Positions 25,728 to 31,610 of a DNA stretch of 31,610 nt are shown here, piece after piece (within the stretch, counting starts at the first letter, position 1; each line of letters opens with the position of its first letter). The position numbers were made by a program, and so were the translations under genes. The notes under the pieces are model-generated. The model saw only the letters and a program-made list of their open reading frames with translations. It ran no database searches and was not told where the DNA came from. Source of the stretch: a virus (Duplodnaviria; Caudoviricetes); IMG/VR virus record IMGVR_UViG_3300036783_000048, positions 1-31,610 of that record. One strand, 5' to 3'.

Positions 25728-26428
25728 TTGGCACCGCCATTTGCAATGGCCAGAATGACACCCAGCGTTAAATTGCAGTCATAAAGGGAACGATGTGGAG
25801 AACCCTCTCCAGCATCGACCTTTAACGCAGCAGCAGCGTCAACAAGCTTTTTCCAGCGACATTTACGGCGGCGAACATCCCATTCGCCGTTATAGTCTGC
25901 ATAAAGCTGCATGACACATTCAGGTGAACGAATATCTTCATGCAGAGCAAAATCCCCTCCAGACTGCCGCAACATGCGCGCATCAAAACTCGCGTTATAT
26001 GCAACCCATCCTTTGCGAGTTAGCTCAACCACATGCGGCAGCACTTCCTCCCATAAAGGTGCATCAGCCACCATTTCATCGGTAATGCCATGGATCGCGG
26101 TAGCTTCTGCCGGAATAGATTTTGACGGCTTCACCTGGGTATCCAGCAGGATATTTCCGGCGCAGTCGACAACTGAGATTTCCACAATCTCAGCATCGGT
26201 TCCAAGCCCAGTGGTTTCGGTATCTACAATCACGAAACCTTTCTCAATCCATCGCTTTGCTATCTGCTGTTCTGTTTCCAGGCGATCAGCAAAATAAAGC
26301 GACTGGTCTGTGATACGCCAACATTGGCGAATTACTTCGCACCAGGTTTTACCTTCTTTGGCTCGCGCTCCAGAGACCACCCCGCCCAAAATCGCCGCGA
26401 ACAATTGATTACGTGCATTTAATTCCAT
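25724..26428 (-). CDS. DEDDh (DnaQ-like) 3'-5' exonuclease, 234 aa
   Basis: ExoI DTETTG, ExoII YNASFD, ExoIII HRSLYD; about 65-aa N-terminal extension. Confidence 0.9.
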   Translation of the reverse strand: MELNARNQLFAAILGGVVSGARAKEGKTWCEVIRQCWRITDQSLYFADRLETEQQIAKRWIEKGFVIVDTETTGLGTDAEIVEISVVDCAGNILLDTQVKPSKSIPAEATAIHGITDEMVADAPLWEEVLPHVVELTRKGWVAYNASFDARMLRQSGGDFALHEDIRSPECVMQLYADYNGEWDVRRRKCRWKKLVDAAAALKVDAGEGSPHRSLYDCNLTLGVILAIANGGAK

Positions 26429-26652
26429 GCCGCACCGCCTTTGCTGCAAATGGCCGCAGCTTCTTCACGGATCAGCTCCACGATTTCGGCAGAGCTTAAA
26501 CCTTCGTTTGCGGCATACGCAGCCAGCTTATCCAGACGGGCAGAACACAGATCGGCGGAGGCCGCTTTACCTTCCTCAGTAGCTTTTGCCAGCATTGCCA
26601 GCAGGTCAGTACCGGATTGGTTGACGGGTAAAAACATGCGTGTTGTTTGCAT
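26419..26652 (-). CDS. DUF2732 family early protein, 77 aa
   Basis: A..EG...AD..S.RLD.LA......LS..E..EL.R.EA pattern; P2/186 early-operon position. Confidence 0.8.
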   Translation of the reverse strand: MQTTRMFLPVNQSGTDLLAMLAKATEEGKAASADLCSARLDKLAAYAANEGLSSAEIVELIREEAAAICSKGGAAWN

Positions 26653-26669
26653 TTTGGTTTCCTCAGGGC

Positions 26670-26708
26670 AAAAGAATCCCCGGCCACCGCAGGGATGGCC
26701 AAAAATTC
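26670..26708 (-). promoter_or_regulatory. G-U-rich hairpin in the early operon (terminator or processing site)
   Basis: GAAUUUUUGGCCAUC-ccugc-GGUGGCCGGGGAUUC-UUUU, 15-bp stem with 5 G-U pairs. Confidence 0.5.
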
Positions 26709-26718
26709 AGGCAGTTAA

Positions 26719-27120
26719 TTAGTGGAAAGAGACGGTAACGGGCGCGGCTGAGTAGCTCGGCGCGGGTATCTGGTGCAGCTCGTAGGTATTACGCCACCAC
26801 TCCTGGATCAGCGCTTTTACTTCCCCGGCGCCCAATGACCCGGCGATGTAATACATTGAACGAATGCCAGCCAGCGCTTCAACCTGCTGGTATTGGCTTT
26901 CCGCTTCACGATAGACACAGCACCAGTACGCAGCATTCACGGCCAGCCAGTGCCGTTTGTTTGTCATGTGCTCGGTGTCGTTAAAGAAAAACGGATGTAA
27001 GGCCACTCGGCCATTTTTAACAGTACTTTTATCCAGAAAGAGAATGGCGTAATTGTGTGGAACACCCCACGCAGCCAACTCCTGTCCCAGTTCTTTGGCG
27101 TTTACAGAGATAATGGACAT
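26719..27120 (-). CDS. Hypothetical early protein, 133 aa
   Basis: AGGAG SD, TAATG coupling to the upstream gene. Confidence 0.75.
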   Translation of the reverse strand: MSIISVNAKELGQELAAWGVPHNYAILFLDKSTVKNGRVALHPFFFNDTEHMTNKRHWLAVNAAYWCCVYREAESQYQQVEALAGIRSMYYIAGSLGAGEVKALIQEWWRNTYELHQIPAPSYSAAPVTVSFH

Positions 27121-27557
27121 TAATGATTCTCCTGCTGTTGCAACAATTGCATTTTGCTAACGAATTGAGGTGCTACAACCATTTGCACCCCGTTACTGCT
27201 GTAAATCGGATTAACCACTTTGGCCGGACGATTTGCTGTACGCCGGGAAAAATCGCTGTCTCGCAAACTCCCGAAACCCTCAAACGTTAATCGGGCGCGG
27301 GAAATGCCCTGCTTCAGCTGAATCATTTCCCGGTAGTTCAGACGCGCATACAACTCCTGCCAGCAGCATTTGCACAAATGAGCCTTGAAAACATCCGATC
27401 CGGAATTTACTGCGGCCGCATGTAAAACTACTCCGCGCCATTCTGGTGTTAATTTGTCCCACCATTCGGCGGCTTCACTTTTTTCACTTTGGTATTTACG
27501 GCGTATATACTTCAGCCATTTAAGGCCAATCTCTTGCTGCTTTGAGCTAATGGCCAT
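27120..27557 (-). CDS. Hypothetical early protein, 145 aa (position of 186 dhr)
   Basis: AAGGGG SD, overlaps the fil 3' end; function inferred from position only. Confidence 0.7.
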   Translation of the reverse strand: MAISSKQQEIGLKWLKYIRRKYQSEKSEAAEWWDKLTPEWRGVVLHAAAVNSGSDVFKAHLCKCCWQELYARLNYREMIQLKQGISRARLTFEGFGSLRDSDFSRRTANRPAKVVNPIYSSNGVQMVVAPQFVSKMQLLQQQENH

Positions 27558-27741
27558 AACGCCCCCTTATAATTCCGTACAAACGAAACCACCATGGACG
27601 ACGAGACGAATGGGCATTGAATTTGTACTGATGGCCAGGGTTCCAGCGTTGACCGTTTGGCAGTTCAAGCCAACCAGTTGACCCGCTGGCCAGCTGCATG
27701 GCCGGAGATTCTTTTTTCAGGTAAGTAACGAACGCTTTCAT
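27547..27741 (-). CDS. fil: Fil-like filamentation protein (DUF2724), 64 aa
   Basis: L.K.SP.M....GW...NG.RW.P pattern directly after cII. Confidence 0.75.
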   Translation of the reverse strand: MKAFVTYLKKESPAMQLASGSTGWLELPNGQRWNPGHQYKFNAHSSRRPWWFRLYGIIRGRYGH

Positions 27742-27750
27742 GGTTATCCC

Positions 27751-28254
27751 TCACATCATGCTGCTGGCGCTGGAAGTCACGATATCGACGGCAGCAGCAA
27801 GAACCGGCGCAGACTGGAGGCGGCTTTCAACGGTGTAAGCCAGAACGGAAAGGGAACGGATGGCATCACGGGCACGATCAAGAATTTGTGTGCGGCGTGC
27901 GGCGGTCATGTGCTCAGTTGAAACGGCTTCCCCAGCGATCGCACCCACGTTTGCGGTAGCGCTTAATGCGCAAAACTGCATGTTCGCTTCAGTGGCGTTA
28001 TTAACCGGAACGGACGGGAGGCAGTTAATCTGCCCCAGCATCCCATCCAGTAAACGCGCATCTTCGGTGTAATCGGTAATAGCCAGTAGCTCGTCACAGG
28101 TCAGGCGGTGCGGTTGAACCGGGTTCAACTTATTGCGCAGGATCTGCGGACGCATACCAACGGCAGCGGCCACATCTTCCAGATTGTGCGACAGTGCAAA
28201 CGCTCGGCAAGCTGCATCAAAATGAGCATGTTTAGAAGTCTGATAATCAAACAT
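27751..28254 (-). CDS. cII: CII activator (186 CII/CP76 family), 167 aa
   Basis: MFDYQTSKH.HFD.ACRAFA..HN and LRNKLNP.QPH.LT motifs. Confidence 0.92.
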   Translation of the reverse strand: MFDYQTSKHAHFDAACRAFALSHNLEDVAAAVGMRPQILRNKLNPVQPHRLTCDELLAITDYTEDARLLDGMLGQINCLPSVPVNNATEANMQFCALSATANVGAIAGEAVSTEHMTAARRTQILDRARDAIRSLSVLAYTVESRLQSAPVLAAAVDIVTSSASSMM

Positions 28255-28281
28255 TGTTAGCTCCCCCCTAATCCGTAGGAT
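28228..28281 (+). promoter_or_regulatory. pE-like establishment promoter with CII site
   Basis: ATGTTTA-N13-CAAACAT inverted repeat over the cII start (28228..28254), half-sites 20 bp apart; -10 TAGGAT at 28276..28281 pointing to cI. Confidence 0.7.
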
Positions 28282-28284
28282 GAA

Positions 28285-28506
28285 TTACGCGTTAAACGAA
28301 ACATCGCATTCGCTTAATGCCATCACGGTTAAGGCGGCCATGTTTACTTCTACCAGCCCCCTTTTCTGCGCACCTTTAGGCTTAATTGGAAGTTTTCCGT
28401 ATGAAATCAGGTTCTCAGCTGTACTTTTGGACATACCTGTACGGCGGCAATATTCCTCAAGCGGGATGTATGGATCAGGGATCACGATTGTAATGTTGGG
28501 ACGCAT
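28285..28506 (-). CDS. apl: Apl/Cox-like repressor-excisionase, 73 aa
   Basis: MRPNITI.IP.PY.PLEEY.RRTG winged-helix pattern, GAGGAG SD, divergent from cI. Confidence 0.85.
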   Translation of the reverse strand: MRPNITIVIPDPYIPLEEYCRRTGMSKSTAENLISYGKLPIKPKGAQKRGLVEVNMAALTVMALSECDVSFNA

Positions 28507-28516
28507 AATGCAAACT
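28488..28516 (+). promoter_or_regulatory. pL-like lysogenic promoter (cI-int)
   Basis: TTGTAA-N17-CAAACT straddling the apl start codon, the layout I recall for 186 pL. Confidence 0.5.
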
Positions 28517-28534
28517 CCTCCGGTTGTGGATACG

Positions 28535-28563
28535 CCAATATCCACCTTTATCAACCAATATTC
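28535..28563. promoter_or_regulatory. Putative Apl/Cox operator between the face-to-face promoters
   Basis: CCAATATCCACC-N8-CCAATATTC, 24/29 identical to the reverse complement of 30268..30296 in the att arm. Confidence 0.7.
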
Positions 28564-28636
28564 GACTTAACCTACAACACGGAGACTCTACTTCGACTAA
28601 ATCGAGAAATCAATATCAATTTCGACTTAATCGAAA
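28561..28636. promoter_or_regulatory. pR-like lytic promoter (minus strand) with three putative CI operators
   Basis: TTGATT (28613..28608)-N17-TAGAGT (28590..28585); TTCGACTWAA at 28561, 28592 and 28621; dyad TTTCGA-N5-TCGAAA at 28620..28636. Confidence 0.65.
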
Positions 28637-28646
28637 GGGTGAGCTA

Positions 28647-29228
28647 ATGAGCAAATTTTCTTTTGAACAAATAGGCCACAGTAGCGATGTCTTAGATCGG
28701 GTTGTGGATGCCTACGGATTCACCTCAAAACTTCAGCTAGCCGATCACTTTGATATGGCTTCCAGCAGCCTGTCGGCACGGTTCAAGAGGGGAATATTTC
28801 CGGCAGATATGGTTGTACGGTGCGTTGCTGAAACTGGTGCATCACTGGAGTGGCTCGCCACTGGTCAAGGTAGAAAGTTTGACGATCAAGAACTGGATAT
28901 CTTGAAAATGCCTCGCCGTAAGATTGTTGACGGACTAATTTATGAGGCAGGGATGTACATGCTGGATAAAGTCTCTTTTTTACCGGGCGTCCCTTTGCCT
29001 ACCTCTCCCCTGTGTGTTTTGGAAGGTAATAATCAGTTTATCGTTGATACCTCATTCACAGAGGTTTATGACGATCAGTGGCTTGTAGAGATTGAAGGAA
29101 AAACGAGTATTCGCACCCTGACGCGCATCCCGATCAAGAAAGTAAGAGTAAGCGGTGTTGGCATGGCTTTTGATTGTGGCATTGACGATATCACCGTGAT
29201 TGGGCGTGTTGTCCTGACGATTCATTAA
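28647..29228 (+). CDS. cI: CI immunity repressor (186 CI family), 193 aa
   Basis: LDR...AYGF.....LADHF....S.LS.R..RG.FP and ETGASLEWL.TG.G motifs; DQWLVEIEG C-terminal domain. Confidence 0.92.
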   Translation: MSKFSFEQIGHSSDVLDRVVDAYGFTSKLQLADHFDMASSSLSARFKRGIFPADMVVRCVAETGASLEWLATGQGRKFDDQELDILKMPRRKIVDGLIYEAGMYMLDKVSFLPGVPLPTSPLCVLEGNNQFIVDTSFTEVYDDQWLVEIEGKTSIRTLTRIPIKKVRVSGVGMAFDCGIDDITVIGRVVLTIH

Positions 29229-29229
29229 T

Positions 29230-30267
29230 ATGACCGTAAGAAAACTCAGTGATGGGCAATGGGTTGCGGACTTCTATACCGTCAACCGCAGCGATGGCAA
29301 ACAAGGCAAGCGTGTCCGCAAAAAGTTCGCGACTAAAGGCGAGGCGTTAGCATTCGAAAACTACTCTCTTCAGAAAATTGAGGACTCGCCATGGCTCGGA
29401 CAAGGAAAAGAAAAACGCCGCCTCTCAGATCTGGTTCACCTCTGGTATGAGCGCCACGGGATAACCCTGCGCGATGGTGAAAAGCGTAAAAGCACCATGC
29501 TTTGGGCTGACGAGTGCATGGGTTCCCCAATGGCCACTGAGTTTTCCGCGCAGCTGTTCACCGCTTATAGGGCTAAAAGGTTGGATGGCCATTTTGCCCG
29601 GACAAAGCGCGTCACTCAGGTTTCACCGCGTACCATGAACCTGGAGCACGCTTATTTCCTCGCTGTGTTTAATGAACTAAAACGTCTTGGAGAATGGGAC
29701 GCACCGAACCCTTTAGAAAACGTTCGCCAATTCAGGACAGAAGAAAGTGAAATGGCCTACCTTACTGGAGAGCAGATTGACAAGCTCTTAGAGGAATGCC
29801 GCCATAGCTCTGCTAAAGATTTAGAGATTGTTGTCAGGATTTGCCTGTCTACAGGCGCACGCTGGGGAGAGGCTGAGAAATTAAAGCGCAGCCAGATCAC
29901 TGCAGGAAAAGTCACATTTATAAAAACGAAAGGGAAGCGCAACCGCACCATCCCTCTTGACCCCGAAATCATAGCCGAACTACCCAAAAAGAACGGCGCC
30001 CTATTTAGCCCATGTTACTACGCTTTCAGATCAGCACTTGAAAGGGCTGGAATTGAATTACCGGCCGGGCAGTTGACGCACGTACTCAGACACACTTTTG
30101 CATCTCACTTTATGATGAACGGCGGGAATATACTTGTGCTGCAAAAAATCCTCGGACACACCGACATCAAAATGACAATGCGCTACGCCCATTTTGCACC
30201 AAACCACCTTGAAGAAGCGTTAAGGCTAAACCCTTTAAAATGTCGCAAAAGTGTCGCAGCAACTTAA
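29230..30267 (+). CDS. int: Tyrosine recombinase (phage integrase), 345 aa
   Basis: TGAR..E, KTK, HVLRH, LGH and RYAH catalytic motifs; ends 86 bp before the att core. Confidence 0.97.
   Translation: MTVRKLSDGQWVADFYTVNRSDGKQGKRVRKKFATKGEALAFENYSLQKIEDSPWLGQGKEKRRLSDLVHLWYERHGITLRDGEKRKSTMLWADECMGSPMATEFSAQLFTAYRAKRLDGHFARTKRVTQVSPRTMNLEHAYFLAVFNELKRLGEWDAPNPLENVRQFRTEESEMAYLTGEQIDKLLEECRHSSAKDLEIVVRICLSTGARWGEAEKLKRSQITAGKVTFIKTKGKRNRTIPLDPEIIAELPKKNGALFSPCYYAFRSALERAGIELPAGQLTHVLRHTFASHFMMNGGNILVLQKILGHTDIKMTMRYAHFAPNHLEEALRLNPLKCRKSVAAT
30241..30258 (+). repeat. Integrase arm-type site pair, right arm (inside the int 3' end)
   Basis: TGTCGCAAAAGTGTCGCA identical to 175..192. Confidence 0.8.
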
Positions 30268-30333
30268 GAATATTGGCTCTTATTGGTGGATATTGGTTTT
30301 TCAACTTGCTGATTTTTATATAAGTTATTGTTT
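30268..30333. promoter_or_regulatory. att arm accessory sites: TATTGG x3 at 10-bp period and two near-consensus IHF sites
   Basis: TATTGG at 30271, 30281 and 30291; minus-strand AATCAGCAAGTTG (30302..30314) and AAACAATAACTTA (30321..30333), each one mismatch from the IHF consensus. Confidence 0.65.
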
Positions 30334-30353
30334 TTACTTTGGCTGTTATGGTT

Positions 30354-30417
30354 CTCATAATCGCTTGGTCGCTGGTTCAAGTCCAGCAGGGGCCACCAAA
30401 TTTTAGCTTTAAAATCA
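30354..30417 (+). repeat. attR (tRNA 3' half duplicate plus 19 bp)
   Basis: 64/64 identical to 61..124. Confidence 0.96.
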
Positions 30418-30424
30418 TATGATT

Positions 30425-30450
30425 AAGCCACTCTAGCGAGTGGCTTTTTT
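30425..30450 (+). terminator. Intrinsic terminator, homologous to the one at attL
   Basis: AAGCCACTC-tagc-GAGTGGCTT-TTTT. Confidence 0.8.
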
Positions 30451-30581
30451 ACGCTAGCATCGAGTAATGTCCCCTCACTGTTAACTTCTGCCTCAACATC
30501 AAAAATTCCCCTGATACATAGAGGGACTTAACTACAAGATTTATCACTTCAAGCCTTGATGCATCCGTTTACACGCCACAC

Positions 30582-30676
30582 GTTATTTACTGCCTGGCTT
30601 TAATCGCCCATGCCTGCTGAATGGCTCCGGTCATCATCGTGTATATCCAGCACGGTAATTTTGTCCATGTCCTTAA
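30582..30676 (-). pseudogene. Relic fragment of a hub-spike gene (homologous to 1466..1566)
   Basis: Exact blocks GTTATTTACTGCCTGGCT, CCTGCTGAATGGCTCCGG and CCAGCACGGTAA in the same order, with 4-nt and 2-nt net deletions between them. Confidence 0.88.
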
Positions 30677-30803
30677 AAATCCATGCCTGGTGCTTTTCCC
30701 TGCAATTCCGTTAATCCGCTGGCAATGCCAGAAATCAGAATGTCTGCTGTTGCTTGAAATCCCCCATCGGCTTTTTACGCCCGTCAAATCCGCGACGGCT
30801 GCG
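30674..30803 (-). pseudogene. Relic fragment of an orf33-like tail gene (homologous to 3481..3614)
   Basis: Shared blocks TTTTCCCTGCA, CTGGCAATG, GAAATCAG and AAATCCCCCATC; encodes MGDFKQQ and GLTELQGK in broken frames. Confidence 0.85.
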
Positions 30804-31092
30804 AGTTTTGGAATTTTTCTTCATGATGCATAAGTTTCTTACTTGATGTACTTACAGGGACCGGTTTTAACGCAACGTCTATAAAGCATTGCAAATAGAG
30901 CAATGCCGTAACGGTCTTGTTCGGACTTATGACATACATCAAAAATAAATTATATATATTTAAAAACTATATCGTAATGGATTTATTGAATGGGTAAATA
31001 TAGGTAACACAGATGAAATAAAAAATTACAAATAGAAAAATAATGAGGGAGTAATGTTTGGACAATTTCTCAACCAAATGGAGTTAACCAGA

Positions 31093-31584
31093 ATGCCTAT
31101 CCCAGCTCACTTATTTTTGACAGATGACGGCGGAGCGATAATTAAAGGTTCTTCCGATGTACAAAATCGGGAAGGAAGCATAGAAGTTATCAGCTTCAGC
31201 CATGGCCTACATATTCCCGTTGACGGTAACACAGGGAAGCAAACCGGAACGCGCGTTCATGGCTCATTTACTATCGGTAAGGAGTTCGATAGCTCATCAA
31301 CCTATCTCTACAAGGCCGTATCCACAGGTCAACTGTTAAAGTCTGCTGAATTGAAGTGGTATCGTATTAACGATGCCGGACAGGAAGTTGAATATTTTAA
31401 TATGTTTTTGGAAAATGTCAGGGTGGTTTCTGTAACGCCTGTGATGGCAAATTGCAAAGACCCAAACAGCCAGCACCTTAACCATATGGAGATTGTAGAC
31501 CTCAGATATGAAAAAATTACCTGGAAATATCTCGACGGAAATTTAGTTCATTCAGATGCATGGAACGAACGGAAGACCGCATAA
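31093..31584 (+). CDS. hcp: Hcp/TssD type VI secretion tube protein, 163 aa, orphan in this window
   Basis: MPIPAHLFL.DDGG..IKGS.DV..REGSIEV, G.R.H, YRINDAGQEVEYF and H.E...LRYEKITW motifs; GGAG SD at 31080..31083. Confidence 0.93.
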   Translation: MPIPAHLFLTDDGGAIIKGSSDVQNREGSIEVISFSHGLHIPVDGNTGKQTGTRVHGSFTIGKEFDSSSTYLYKAVSTGQLLKSAELKWYRINDAGQEVEYFNMFLENVRVVSVTPVMANCKDPNSQHLNHMEIVDLRYEKITWKYLDGNLVHSDAWNERKTA

Positions 31585-31593
31585 GGACAGGCT

Positions 31594-31610
31594 ATGTCTA
31601 CACTTTCTTT
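31594..31610 (+). CDS. Probable start of the gene downstream of hcp (MSTLS..., truncated by the window)
   Basis: AAGGA SD overlapping the hcp stop, ATG at 31594; only five codons visible. Confidence 0.4.

Larger units (their letters stand above)
61..30417. mobile_element. Complete P2-family (HP1/K139-like late region, 186-like early region) prophage, 30,293 bp core to core
   Basis: Flanking 64-bp direct repeat, tyrosine integrase next to attR, full control, replication, head, tail and lysis gene sets with no visible disruptions. Confidence 0.96.

Noticed and set aside
24864-26428. dam plus nuclease as a restriction-modification pair
   Set aside because: The nuclease has DEDDh exonuclease motifs, not a restriction endonuclease signature
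28280-28570. 96-aa + strand ORF antisense to apl, as a pE-encoded product
   Set aside because: Its ATG lies inside the predicted pE -10 box, upstream of the likely TSS, and has no SD
30354-30398. Second tRNA gene
   Set aside because: Only the 3' 45 nt are present; no 5' acceptor strand or D arm, so it is the att duplicate
30587-30833. ORFs 30587..30787 (-) and 30621..30833 (+) as real genes
   Set aside because: Chance frames across two fused, frameshifted tail-gene relics

Overview
The window holds one apparently complete P2-family temperate prophage, 30,293 bp from core to core, with HP1/K139-like late-gene order and a coliphage 186-like control region. It is integrated in a tRNA-Ile2(CAU) gene (ileX-like, 30..105). 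A perfect 64-bp att direct repeat bounds it (61..124 and 30354..30417). All expected modules are present with open frames: int, cI, apl, cII, fil, DUF2732, DEDDh exonuclease, dam, rolling-circle gpA with internal ori, ogr, portal, terminase, capsid, contractile tail, holin/M15 endolysin/spanins, tape measure, baseplate, fibre and a fused hub-spike. An orphan hcp follows attR. Main observations beyond annotation: (1) the DNA just right of attR is a fossil of an older related prophage at the same tRNA, with att-arm geometry and frameshifted pieces of two tail genes, directly upstream of hcp; (2) two unrelated small genes 22 kb apart share a near-identical LexA-box/SD expression cassette; (3) a repeat-rich non-coding putative packaging region carries clustered GATC sites in a dam-encoding phage; (4) a symmetric divergent late promoter has a non-canonical Ogr-type dyad; (5) the lysis-lysogeny switch is readable from sequence, including an operator shared with attP; (6) a -1 frameshift tail chaperone. 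All family assignments are from motif and synteny recognition; no database searches were run.
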